Shown here: piece by piece, positions 53,388-62,852 of the stretch
How positions within the stretch are numbered: the first letter of the stretch is position 1
Layout of the letters: every line of letters starts with the position of its first letter
DNA from: Pedobacter sp.
Lineage (GTDB): Bacteria > Bacteroidota > Bacteroidia > Sphingobacteriales > Sphingobacteriaceae
Length of the DNA: 64,000 nt
Assembly (NCBI RefSeq): GCF_039594775.1
Contig: NZ_JBCNMT010000002.1
Coordinates: 325,574 to 389,573, forward strand
Reading direction: 5' to 3'
The notes under the pieces: model-generated
What the model was told of the DNA's origin: nothing
Database searches by the model: none
What the model saw: only the letters and a program-made list of their open reading frames with translations
Made by a program: the position numbers and the translations under genes

Positions 53388-53405
53388 AATCATCGAATTA
53401 ACCGA

Positions 53406-55442
53406 TTACCAAAGTTTAATTCTGTCCTCTGGTTTTTTGTAAAGTTTGTCGCCAGGCTGTACATCAAACGCTTTGTACCAAGCATCCATGTTTACTGGAG
53501 CTCCAATAGTTCTGTAAGGACCAGGTGAGTGCGTATCCGTTTTGATTAACTGTGCTGCGGTTTCAGGTAAAACATTGCCTCTCCAAACTTGTGCCCAAGC
53601 CAAAAAGAAACGTTGGTCAGGCGTAAACCCATCAATTTTTTCGTTGCTTTGGCCTTGCTTAGTCATTTTGAAAGCAGTATAAGCAGCATTTAATCCACCT
53701 AAGTCGCCAATGTTTTCGCCCATGGTGAATTTACCATTTACGTGTATCGTATCTAAAACAGTGTATTTGTCAAATTGCTCGCCTAATAATTTTGTTTTGG
53801 CATTAAATTTAGCTCTGTCTTCGTCAGTCCACCAGTTTTTCAAGTTACCATCTTTGTCGTACTGGCTACCAGTATCGTCAAAACCATGGCTCATTTCGTG
53901 ACCAATAACTGCACCAATACCGCCGTAGTTAATCGCATCATCAGCATCTGGGTGGAAGAAAGGAAATTGTAAAATGCCAGCTGGGAATACAATTTCATTC
54001 AACGTTGGGCTGTAGTAAGCATTCACCGTTGGAGGAGTCATGCCAAAACGCTCTCTGTCTACAGGTTTGCCTAACTGACCAATGTTCTCAGCGTAAGCCC
54101 ATTTACTAGCATTACGTAAGTTTTGGAAATAAGTAGTTCTGCTAATCACTAAACCATCGTAGTTTCTCCATTTGGTGGTGTAACCAACTTTTGGTCTAAA
54201 AGCATGAAGTTTAGCCAAAGCTTTTTGCTTGGTTTCATCGCTCATCCATTCTAGTCCTTTAATACGGATTTCGAAAGCCTTGCGTAGATTAGCAATCATT
54301 TCGTCCATACGAGCTTTTGCTGCTGGTTTGAAATATTTAGCTACATATAATTGGCCTAATAAATCACCCAGTACGCCATCGGTTAACGATGACATGCGTT
54401 GCCAACGTGGAGTTTGAACCTTTTGTCCAGTTTGCGCTTGCGTAAAGGCAAAGTTTGCTTTTACAAAAGGAGAACTTAAACTACCAGCAGAACCTTTTAA
54501 AATGTTCCACTCTAAATAAGTTTTCCAATCAGCAACTGAAGTAGCAGTTAATAAGTTGTTTAACGATTTGAAGAATGCAGGTGAGTTCACCAAAACAGTA
54601 TCTTGACCGGCAACCTTTAATTGAGTTAAAGTATTAGTCCAATTAATGTTAGGAATTACCTTATTGAAATCTGCAACCGTTAGTTTGTTATAGGTTTTAT
54701 AAGGGTCACGCATTTCTAGGCGACTCATTTGTGCCTCGGCTAATGCTTTTTCAATGGTGAAAACTGTTTTTGCTTTTTGTTGAGCAACAGCATCAGTGTA
54801 ACCAATTAGCTTGAAAAGTGTAGTCATATACGTATCATACGCCTCCCTGATCTTTACGCTACGGCTATCATCCTTCAAATAATAGTCTCTATCGCCAAGG
54901 GTAGTTCCACCTTGCGAAATGTTAACCATGTATTTGTTTACATTTTTTCTGTCCTGGCCAACACCAAAGCCATAAAGAGCACCGCCAAGTCCGTTAGTGC
55001 GCATGTAGGTAGTGAAGTTCAATACATCCTGAAGTGAGTTGATTTGCTTCACTTTTTCTAAATCGGCTTTAATTGGAGTATAGCCTAATTTTTCGATGGT
55101 TACACTATCCATCGCAGCAGCGTAAAAATCGCCTACACGTTTTGTCACTGAACCTGCGGGAGCAGATTTGTCGGCAGCGGCAGCTTCTACTAGGCTTCTT
55201 ACTGCGTTTACGTTAAAGTCACGTAGTTCGTTAAAAGAGCCCCAGCGTGTTTCTTTGGCAGGAACAGGATTGTTTTTTACCCAGGTACCGCTAGCATACT
55301 GATAAAAGTCATCTCCAGGTTTCACATTTAAATCCATGTTCGCCGGGTCAATAAACTTTTTGATAGGAGTTTGGGCATTTGCAACGCCTACGGTAACAAC
55401 ACCAAGGGCCGCAAAAAAAGTTTTAAACTGATTGATATTCAT
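53406..55442 (-). CDS. M13 family metallopeptidase (PepO/endothelin-converting-enzyme-like), secreted
   Basis: 678 aa with signal peptide. NAYYSP, zinc motif VIGHEMSHGFD, ENIGDLGG. Confidence 0.9.
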   Translation of the reverse strand: MNINQFKTFFAALGVVTVGVANAQTPIKKFIDPANMDLNVKPGDDFYQYASGTWVKNNPVPAKETRWGSFNELRDFNVNAVRSLVEAAAADKSAPAGSVTKRVGDFYAAAMDSVTIEKLGYTPIKADLEKVKQINSLQDVLNFTTYMRTNGLGGALYGFGVGQDRKNVNKYMVNISQGGTTLGDRDYYLKDDSRSVKIREAYDTYMTTLFKLIGYTDAVAQQKAKTVFTIEKALAEAQMSRLEMRDPYKTYNKLTVADFNKVIPNINWTNTLTQLKVAGQDTVLVNSPAFFKSLNNLLTATSVADWKTYLEWNILKGSAGSLSSPFVKANFAFTQAQTGQKVQTPRWQRMSSLTDGVLGDLLGQLYVAKYFKPAAKARMDEMIANLRKAFEIRIKGLEWMSDETKQKALAKLHAFRPKVGYTTKWRNYDGLVISRTTYFQNLRNASKWAYAENIGQLGKPVDRERFGMTPPTVNAYYSPTLNEIVFPAGILQFPFFHPDADDAINYGGIGAVIGHEMSHGFDDTGSQYDKDGNLKNWWTDEDRAKFNAKTKLLGEQFDKYTVLDTIHVNGKFTMGENIGDLGGLNAAYTAFKMTKQGQSNEKIDGFTPDQRFFLAWAQVWRGNVLPETAAQLIKTDTHSPGPYRTIGAPVNMDAWYKAFDVQPGDKLYKKPEDRIKLW

Positions 55443-55775
55443 TTTTTTGTGATAAGTTAGTCATAAATGCCATCGCCAATTTCGGAAAGAAATGGCGTAA
55501 AAAGGTATGGCCTTCATTAATATTTAAATTTAAAGGATGAAAATTAACGAAAATGAAAATGTGATTGGAAATATTAATAGAAATATTACTTATTAAACCA
55601 GTAATAAAGTTTGGCTAGCCCTATTTTGCGTAACAGCTCATTGGCAATGTAAGATAATTTGAAATACTTCATACTGGAAACTTATCTAATACATTTAACA
55701 TAGTTTAACACTTTTTATTGTGTGTAGTAGAAAAATAATGTGACATAAATAAGATTGATTAGTCAGTAAAAAGTG

Positions 55776-55783
55776 TAGTTTTG
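55776..55783 (+). promoter_or_regulatory. TAnnTTTG box upstream of the P-type ATPase gene
   Basis: TAGTTTTG, 20 nt upstream of the ATG at 55804. Confidence 0.4.
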
Positions 55784-55803
55784 AATAATTCTAAATAATA
55801 AAT

Positions 55804-57765
55804 ATGGCACCACATCAAAATCATAACGAGGATGGTTGCTGCGGACATCAGCGCCCCGAAAAACATCAATCAGATAATGACCACGACCACGATCATAACC
55901 ACGGCGATTCGTCTTCTTTTAAGACCTACCTGCCTGTCATTGTTTCTTTGGCATTGTTACTTACTGCTATTGCATTCGATCAGTTATCATTTTCTTTTTT
56001 TACAAGCTACTTAAGGTTAGCATGGTATTTAGTAGCTTATTTTTTAGTGGCATGGCCCGTAATTAAAGAGGCTTTTGCTACTATTGTTAAAGGAGATGTT
56101 TTTACGGAGTTTCTTTTAATGACATTGGCTACCATAGGAGCATTGGCTTTAGGCGAATATCCGGAAGCGGTAGCGGTAATGTTATTTTACAGTATTGGCG
56201 AACTTTTTCAGAATGCAGCTGTAAACAGGGCTAAAAATAATATTAAATCTTTGTTGGATGTACGCCCAGATACTGCAATGGTTTATAGAAATGGAGAATA
56301 CCAAACGGTAAAGCCCCAAGATGTAGAAATTGGAGATACTTTGCAATTAAAGGCGGGGGAGAAATCGGCTTTAGATGGAGAACTATTAAGCGATAGCGCA
56401 AGCTTTAACACCGCAGCATTAACTGGAGAAAGCAAACCCAGTACTATCAGAAAAGGGGAAACAGTACTGGCGGGAATGCTCAATTTAGATGGCGTTGTAA
56501 GCTTAAAAGTAACCAAACGTTTTGAAGACAGTGCGCTTTCCAGAATTCTGGATTTGGTGCAAAATGCTAGCGCCAAAAAAGCGAAAACCGAATTGTTGAT
56601 TCGCCGCTTTGCCAAAATCTACACCCCAATTGTGTTCTTCTTGGCTGTAGCATTGGTATTTGTACCCTATTTTTTTGTCGCCAACTATCAATTTAATGAT
56701 TGGTTGTATAGAGCCTTGGTTTTCTTGGTAATTTCTTGTCCTTGCGCACTAGTGATTTCTATTCCATTAGGCTATTTTGGTGGTATTGGAGCTGCTTCGG
56801 CCAATGGGATTTTGTTTAAGGGATCTAACTATTTGGATTTGATTACCAAAGTGAATACCGTGGTGCTGGACAAAACGGGAACTTTAACACAGGGGGTGTT
56901 TAAGGTGAATGAAATACAGACTGAAATACCAGAGCAGCAATTTTTAACTTATTTGGCCAGTCTTGAGAATCAATCTACGCACCCTATTGCAAAAGCGGTA
57001 GTGGCCTATGCCAATCTCAAGGAGTTATTACCTGTGGATGAGGTAAAGGAAATTGCGGGTCATGGACTAAAAGCTATGGTAAATGGCGCTACGGTAATGG
57101 CGGGTAATGGTAAATTGCTAAAGCAGTTTGAAATATCTTATCCAGAGGCTTTAGATCAAAAAGTTGAAACCACCGTTTTAATGGCAGTAAATGGGAAATA
57201 TGCGGGATTTGTAAGTATAGCTGATGAAATTAAACCCGATGCTAAACAAGCGATTACGGCCTTACACACTGCAGGTGTTGACCAAATAGTAATGCTTAGT
57301 GGTGATAAAACAGCTATTACCCAAAAAGTGGCAGATGAATTGGGGGTAGATCAAGCACACGGTGATTTATTGCCAGAAGGTAAAGTAGAAAAATTAGAGT
57401 CTATTAAAAAAGATGTTACTAGAGTAGTAGCTTTTGTGGGCGACGGGATTAACGATGCACCAGTGTTGGCACTAAGCGATGTTGGGATGGCTATGGGTGC
57501 CTTGGGAAGCGACGTAGCTATTGAAACTGCTGATGTGGTGATTCAAAATGATATGCCTAGTAAAATTGCTACTGCTATCCAAATTGGTCGCGCTACTAAG
57601 AAGATTGTATACCAGAATATAAGCTTAGCTTTTGGTGTAAAAGCCATTGTACTTATTTTAGGTGCTGGTGGTTTGGCAACTATGTGGGAAGCCGTTTTTG
57701 CTGATGTTGGCGTTGCTTTCTTGGCTATTTTAAATGCGGTTCGTATCCAACGGATGAAATTTTAG
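55804..57765 (+). CDS. Heavy-metal-translocating P1B-type ATPase (Zn/Cd/Co-type) with His-rich N-terminus
   Basis: 653 aa. SCPCALVIS (CPC), DKTGTLT, MLSGDK, VGDGINDAP. N-terminus HQNHNEDGCCGHQRPEKHQSDNDHDHDHNHGD instead of a canonical GMxCxxC HMA domain. Confidence 0.9.
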   Translation: MAPHQNHNEDGCCGHQRPEKHQSDNDHDHDHNHGDSSSFKTYLPVIVSLALLLTAIAFDQLSFSFFTSYLRLAWYLVAYFLVAWPVIKEAFATIVKGDVFTEFLLMTLATIGALALGEYPEAVAVMLFYSIGELFQNAAVNRAKNNIKSLLDVRPDTAMVYRNGEYQTVKPQDVEIGDTLQLKAGEKSALDGELLSDSASFNTAALTGESKPSTIRKGETVLAGMLNLDGVVSLKVTKRFEDSALSRILDLVQNASAKKAKTELLIRRFAKIYTPIVFFLAVALVFVPYFFVANYQFNDWLYRALVFLVISCPCALVISIPLGYFGGIGAASANGILFKGSNYLDLITKVNTVVLDKTGTLTQGVFKVNEIQTEIPEQQFLTYLASLENQSTHPIAKAVVAYANLKELLPVDEVKEIAGHGLKAMVNGATVMAGNGKLLKQFEISYPEALDQKVETTVLMAVNGKYAGFVSIADEIKPDAKQAITALHTAGVDQIVMLSGDKTAITQKVADELGVDQAHGDLLPEGKVEKLESIKKDVTRVVAFVGDGINDAPVLALSDVGMAMGALGSDVAIETADVVIQNDMPSKIATAIQIGRATKKIVYQNISLAFGVKAIVLILGAGGLATMWEAVFADVGVAFLAILNAVRIQRMKF

Positions 57766-57794
57766 TTACTCTGGCTAATTTCTTATATTTGGGT

Positions 57795-58418
57795 ATGCCC
57801 AATGTAAAAACATATCCAAAACCTGATGATAAGGTTTATTCGCTTAACGAGTTAGACGAATCGTTAACCTATAGCTATGCGCATTATCTTAATTGGCTTT
57901 TTGATGATCGATTGGAATTGATTAAAGGGAAAATCCATAAGATGAGCCCTGCGCCTTCGAGGTTCCATCAAAAAATTTTAACTAATCTATTTAGGCCAAT
58001 TGCTAATTTTTTGAATGGGAAGCCTTGTGACATTTATACGGCACCTTTTGACGTACGTTTTCCGAAGAAAAGTAAAGCTGACAAAGATATTTATACGGTT
58101 TTACAGCCTGATTTATGTGTCATCTGTGATAAGAACAAGCTTGATGATCGAGGCTGTTTGGGGGCACCAGATTTGGTGGTAGAAATTTTATCTCCAGGAA
58201 ATAATCAAAAAGAGCTTTTGTATAAATATAAGATATATGAGGAGTTCGGGGTGAAAGAATATTGGGTAATAAGCCCAAGTGAGCAAACTGTACTAATATA
58301 CACTTTGGGTGAAATGGATAGGTATTATCCCTCAAAACTGTTTACCTTGAGCGAAGAAGTGAGCTCCTCGGTCTTGCCTGGTTTTGTTTTAAAGCTTGAT
58401 GATGTTTTTGAAGATTAG
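57795..58418 (+). CDS. Uma2 family (DUF820) PD-(D/E)xK endonuclease
   Basis: LQPDLCVICDK...APDLVVEILSPGN...KYKIYEEFGVKEYWVISP. I prefer the ATG at 57795; the track uses a TTG at 57789. Confidence 0.8.
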   Translation: MPNVKTYPKPDDKVYSLNELDESLTYSYAHYLNWLFDDRLELIKGKIHKMSPAPSRFHQKILTNLFRPIANFLNGKPCDIYTAPFDVRFPKKSKADKDIYTVLQPDLCVICDKNKLDDRGCLGAPDLVVEILSPGNNQKELLYKYKIYEEFGVKEYWVISPSEQTVLIYTLGEMDRYYPSKLFTLSEEVSSSVLPGFVLKLDDVFED

Positions 58419-58466
58419 GTTTTGCAAGTTATGCATTCATTTAACTGCTATGCGTTGAGAGTCTAA

Positions 58467-58518
58467 CCGCAAAGAAAAAGTAGAAGTTCCGCTAAGAACG
58501 CAAAGAGATACAAGTTTT
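58467..58518 (+). repeat. clpC-upstream repeat, copy 1
   Basis: CCGCAAAGAAAAAGTAGAAGTTCCGCTAAGAACGCAAAGAGATACAAGTTTT. Confidence 0.75.
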
Positions 58519-58587
58519 ATCTAATTTTTAGAAGGTTAGGTTTTTAGAGAATATTATCATTTGTGGAGGTCTTTTGGATTCTTGTAG

Positions 58588-58626
58588 CCTTAGCGTTCCT
58601 TTGCGAATTCTTTTTTAACCTTTGCG
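58588..58626 (-). repeat. Inverted partial copy of the clpC-upstream repeat
   Basis: CCTTAGCGTTCCTTTGCGAATTCTTTTTTAACCTTTGCG. The reverse complement contains CGCAAAGG...GCAAAGGAACGCTAAGG. Confidence 0.6.
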
Positions 58627-58658
58627 TTAATTTAATTTCTGAGTGAAGAAAATTTAAA

Positions 58659-58708
58659 TGCGAAGAAAAGTAGAAGTCCACTAAGAATGCGAAGCTGATA
58701 CAGGTTTT
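58659..58708 (+). repeat. clpC-upstream repeat, copy 2
   Basis: TGCGAAGAAAAGTAGAAGTCCACTAAGAATGCGAAGCTGATACAGGTTTT. Collinear with copy 1, with scattered substitutions. Confidence 0.75.
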
Positions 58709-59132
58709 GATATCCTAAACCCGATAGTATGGAAAGCCCACAGCGAAATGTAATGAGCGAGGACTTGGAAGGATAGCGGGGCTTGCTACGATAGTATTTC
58801 AAATATTGCTTTACCAATAAATAATTAACTGCCAAAAATTCTACTTGTCAACTAGATTTTGTAACTTTTGTCAGTAAATAACGCTGTTTAAAAGCTTACA
58901 CAAAACCGACAATTGCCTCGTTTTCGTATATGTTATTGTAAAAATCTTATTTAAATGAGGTAACAAAGGTGCCAATTAAAACATATTTATGGTAAAAGGT
59001 TGTTATGAAATAAAGAGATAAGGTGGCTTAATTCACCAATATGGCTTAATTGTTGATAAAATATAAAAATCGAGACGCCGTATTTATAAAACAAATTTAT
59101 AGTTTAGTGTCGTCCCCGATAACATACAGATT

Positions 59133-61673
59133 ATGGAAGCTAAATTTTCACCACAGGTTAAAGATGTGATTTCTTTCAGCAGGGAGGAAGCCCTGAGGTT
59201 AGGACACGATTATATAGGCGCAGAGCATTTGTTGTTGGGCCTCATTCGCGAAGGAGACGGTATGGCCATAAAGATCTTAAAATCTTTGGGAGTGGATACT
59301 TTAAAACTTCGCCGATCTATTGAAGAAGCCGTTAGAGGAACTTCGAGCGTTACGGTTAATTTGGGTAATATTCCTTTAACCAAACAAGCTGAAAAGGTTT
59401 TGAAGATTACCTATTTAGAGGCTAAAATATTTAAAAGTGATTTAATTGGAACTGAGCACTTGCTGTTGTCTATTTTAAGAGATGACGACAATATCGCTTC
59501 GCAGATTTTATTGCAATACGGTATTAACTACGAAACCTTTAAGCAGGAAGTAGAAGTTAATAAAAACGGATTTAAGGATGAAGCGCAAGGTGGTGGTACT
59601 GCTGGAGGTGATGATGACTATCAAGAAGAAGAAAGCTTCACTGCTCCTAAAAAGGTTTCGGATATTAAATCGAAAACTCCAGTACTAGATAATTTCGGAA
59701 GAGATTTGACTCGTGCTGCGGAAGAAGGCAGATTAGACCCAATTGTTGGTCGTGAGAAAGAGATTGAGCGTGTTTCGCAAATTTTATCGCGTAGAAAGAA
59801 AAACAATCCAATTTTAATTGGTGAACCTGGTGTGGGTAAAAGTGCCATTGCCGAAGGTTTGGCTTTGCGTATTGTACAACGTAAGGTTTCGAGAGTATTG
59901 TTTGGCAAACGTGTAGTGACATTGGATTTGGCTTCGTTGGTTGCAGGTACAAAATACCGTGGCCAGTTCGAAGAACGCATGAAAGCGGTAATGAACGAAC
60001 TGGAGAAATCTACTGATGTGATTTTATTCATCGATGAGATCCATACCATTGTAGGTGCCGGTGGTGCTTCTGGCTCTTTAGATGCTTCGAACATGTTCAA
60101 ACCTGCATTGGCAAGGGGCGAAATACAATGCATTGGCGCAACTACTTTAGATGAATATCGTCAGTACATTGAGAAAGATGGTGCTTTAGACCGCCGTTTC
60201 CAAAAAGTAATGATTGAGCCTGCTTCTCCAGACGAAACGATAGAAATTTTAAATCGTATCAAAGAGAAATATGAAGAACACCACGGTGTAACTTATACCG
60301 ATGAAGCGATTAACGCCTGTGTTTCTTTAACCTCAAGATATATTACCGATAGATTTTTACCAGATAAAGCAATTGATGCTTTAGATGAAGCTGGTTCACG
60401 TGTTCACTTAACCAATATTCATGTTCCTGACAATATCATTGCTATTGAAAGTAAAATAGAGGATATCAAATTAGAGAAAAATCGTGTAGTGAAAAGCCAA
60501 AAGTATGAAGAGGCTGCTAAGCTACGAGATACAGAAAAGAATTTGCTAGAGGAGCTTGATAAAGCTAAGGCAGAGTGGGAAGCGGAGACTAAAACCAAAC
60601 GTTATGAAGTTTCTGAAGACAACGTGGCTGAAGTAGTTTCGATGATGACCGGTATTCCATTGCAACGCGTTGGACAAACGGATAGCAATAAGCTGTTAAA
60701 TATGTACGATACTATTGCTGATAAAATTATTGGTCAGGATGATGCGATTAAAAAATTAACAAAAGCTATTCAACGTACCAGAGCGGGACTGAAAGATCCT
60801 AAAAAACCAATTGGTTCGTTCATTTTCTTAGGCCCAACGGGTGTAGGTAAAACGGAGCTGGCTAAAGAATTGGCTCGTTTCATGTTCGATGCAGAGGATT
60901 CGCTAATTCAAATAGACATGAGCGAATACATGGAGAAATTCGCGGTATCTCGTTTAGTAGGTGCGCCTCCAGGATATGTTGGTTACGAAGAAGGTGGTCA
61001 ATTGACTGAAAAAGTCCGTCGTAAACCTTATGCCGTAGTGTTGTTAGATGAGATTGAAAAAGCACACCCAGATGTATTTAATATCTTATTGCAGGTATTA
61101 GACGAAGGTCAGTTAACTGATAGTTTAGGAAGAAAAGTAGATTTCAGAAACACCATCATTATCATGACCTCGAATATTGGTGCACGACAATTGAAAGATT
61201 TTGGTGCAGGTGTTGGTTTCTCTACCTCCGCTAAAATTAACCAAAGTGATGCACACAGCCGTGGCGTAATTGAAAATGCACTTAAACGTGCCTTTGCACC
61301 GGAGTTTTTGAATAGGATTGATGATGTAGTAGTATTCAACTCGCTTGGTAAAGAAGAAATCTTTAAAATTATTGATATTGAGCTAAGAGCTTTATTTGGA
61401 AGAGTAGAAACTTTAGGCTATAAAATTAAGCTTACTGATGAAGCCAAAGATTTTATTGCTGACAAAGGCTTTGACAGTAACTTTGGAGCTCGTCCATTGA
61501 AACGTGCAATCCAAAAATACTTGGAAGACCCAATTGCTGAGGAAATCCTAAAAGGAGAAGTTCACGAAGGTGATACCTTGGAGGTAAACTACAATAAAGA
61601 AAAAGAAGAAATTGTAGTGGCACCAAAAGGCCCAAGTAAAAAGAAAAAGAAAGAAGAGGGAAGTGTAGAGTAG
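59133..61673 (+). CDS. clpC: ATP-dependent Clp protease ATP-binding subunit ClpC
   Basis: 846 aa. Two Clp_N repeats, Walker A GEPGVGKS and GPTGVGKT, UVR-like KSQKYEEAAKLRDTEKNL, GARPLKR sensor region. Confidence 0.9.
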   Translation: MEAKFSPQVKDVISFSREEALRLGHDYIGAEHLLLGLIREGDGMAIKILKSLGVDTLKLRRSIEEAVRGTSSVTVNLGNIPLTKQAEKVLKITYLEAKIFKSDLIGTEHLLLSILRDDDNIASQILLQYGINYETFKQEVEVNKNGFKDEAQGGGTAGGDDDYQEEESFTAPKKVSDIKSKTPVLDNFGRDLTRAAEEGRLDPIVGREKEIERVSQILSRRKKNNPILIGEPGVGKSAIAEGLALRIVQRKVSRVLFGKRVVTLDLASLVAGTKYRGQFEERMKAVMNELEKSTDVILFIDEIHTIVGAGGASGSLDASNMFKPALARGEIQCIGATTLDEYRQYIEKDGALDRRFQKVMIEPASPDETIEILNRIKEKYEEHHGVTYTDEAINACVSLTSRYITDRFLPDKAIDALDEAGSRVHLTNIHVPDNIIAIESKIEDIKLEKNRVVKSQKYEEAAKLRDTEKNLLEELDKAKAEWEAETKTKRYEVSEDNVAEVVSMMTGIPLQRVGQTDSNKLLNMYDTIADKIIGQDDAIKKLTKAIQRTRAGLKDPKKPIGSFIFLGPTGVGKTELAKELARFMFDAEDSLIQIDMSEYMEKFAVSRLVGAPPGYVGYEEGGQLTEKVRRKPYAVVLLDEIEKAHPDVFNILLQVLDEGQLTDSLGRKVDFRNTIIIMTSNIGARQLKDFGAGVGFSTSAKINQSDAHSRGVIENALKRAFAPEFLNRIDDVVVFNSLGKEEIFKIIDIELRALFGRVETLGYKIKLTDEAKDFIADKGFDSNFGARPLKRAIQKYLEDPIAEEILKGEVHEGDTLEVNYNKEKEEIVVAPKGPSKKKKKEEGSVE

Positions 61674-61682
61674 TAGGATAGG

Positions 61683-61714
61683 AAAAGCCCCACAGAAAAT
61701 GTGGGGCTTTTTTA
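61683..61714. terminator. Bidirectional intrinsic terminator between clpC and the radical SAM gene
   Basis: AAAAGCCCCAC-AGAAAAT-GTGGGGCTTTTTT. Confidence 0.85.
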
Positions 61715-61721
61715 TTTTCCA

Positions 61722-62795
61722 TTAAAACAGGCTCATCTGTGCCTTTGGTACTTTAAATTGTGAGCTGTCGAGCTCAATTCTTGTGAGGTTAAGCTTGTTG
61801 ATTTTACAATGTAGCTTAAAGGTATTGCTCATGAGTTGAGCAAAATTTCCTTCTCCACGCATTCTGGTGCCAAAACGACTATCATTTACATTCCCATGAT
61901 GGCAATCTTGGATTTGGTGCCAAACCTTTTCAAACCTATCGGGGAAATTTTTGGAAAGCCAATCCTCAAATATCTTGCTGATTGAGCCATTTAACCTTAC
62001 CACGGTATAGCCGGCAGATATTGCGCCCGCATTGGCACTTTCTTTTAAGATAGCTGGTATTTCATGATTGTTTAATCCCGGGATCATTGGAGCTGCCATT
62101 ACGCCCATAGGTAAATTGGCTAAACTTAACTGCTCAATTACTTTTAAGCGTTGTTTAGCGGTAGTGGTTCTGGGTTCTAGCTTTTGTCGTAGGTTTTCGT
62201 CTAAGCTGGTAATGGAAACAAAAACACTCACCAATTTGTACTTGGCAAGTTCCTGTAGAATATCCAAATCACGTAAAATAAGCGCATTTTTGGTAATCAT
62301 GAAAATAGGCTGTTTATACTCTAACGCAATTTGAAGTAATTGTCTAGTTAACTTATATTTTCGCTCACAAGGTTGATAGCAATCTGTATTTCCCGAAATG
62401 GTGATAGGAGAAGCTAGCCAACCTTTCTTTTCCAAAAATTTTTTAAAAAGCTCAGGAGCATCTTGTTTGACAATGATTTTTCGTTCAAAGTCCAATCCTG
62501 CACTAAAACCCCAGTATTCATGGGAATTTCTGGCATAGCAATAAATACAACCGTGTTCACAGCCTTGGTATGGATTGAGGGAATACAGCATGTTCACGTC
62601 CGGGCTTTCTACCTTATTGACAATACTTTTCGAGCTTCCTATAATAAACGAGGTCTTTTCGTTGGTAATTTCCCAATCATCAATTCCCTCTATGTGTTCT
62701 TTAGTGATGCTGTTTTTGAGATACTTATTGTCCGTATTTAATTGTGCACCCCTTCCGTTCAGGTAGTCATTTGTATTTTCTGACGTAGCTTTCAT
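61722..62795 (-). CDS. PA0069-family radical SAM protein
   Basis: 357 aa. CEHGCIYCYA (CxxxCxxC) cluster motif. Typical N-terminus GRGAQLN. Confidence 0.85.
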   Translation of the reverse strand: MKATSENTNDYLNGRGAQLNTDNKYLKNSITKEHIEGIDDWEITNEKTSFIIGSSKSIVNKVESPDVNMLYSLNPYQGCEHGCIYCYARNSHEYWGFSAGLDFERKIIVKQDAPELFKKFLEKKGWLASPITISGNTDCYQPCERKYKLTRQLLQIALEYKQPIFMITKNALILRDLDILQELAKYKLVSVFVSITSLDENLRQKLEPRTTTAKQRLKVIEQLSLANLPMGVMAAPMIPGLNNHEIPAILKESANAGAISAGYTVVRLNGSISKIFEDWLSKNFPDRFEKVWHQIQDCHHGNVNDSRFGTRMRGEGNFAQLMSNTFKLHCKINKLNLTRIELDSSQFKVPKAQMSLF

Positions 62796-62852
62796 GATAT
62801 AAAATTACTAAAATTTTTAGCAATTTTATATCAAGCGAAAATAGTTTGCTGA

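Noticed and set aside
57795-58418. Uma2 nuclease as part of a defence system with the neighbouring ATPase
   Set aside because: Uma2/DUF820 genes are common solitary genes. The neighbouring gene is a metal-transport P-type ATPase, not a defence-type ATPase, and no other partner genes are present.
58632-58835. 67-aa minus-strand ORF upstream of clpC
   Set aside because: It is composed of the repeat units of this region and shows no family resemblance, so it is most likely a repeat artefact.
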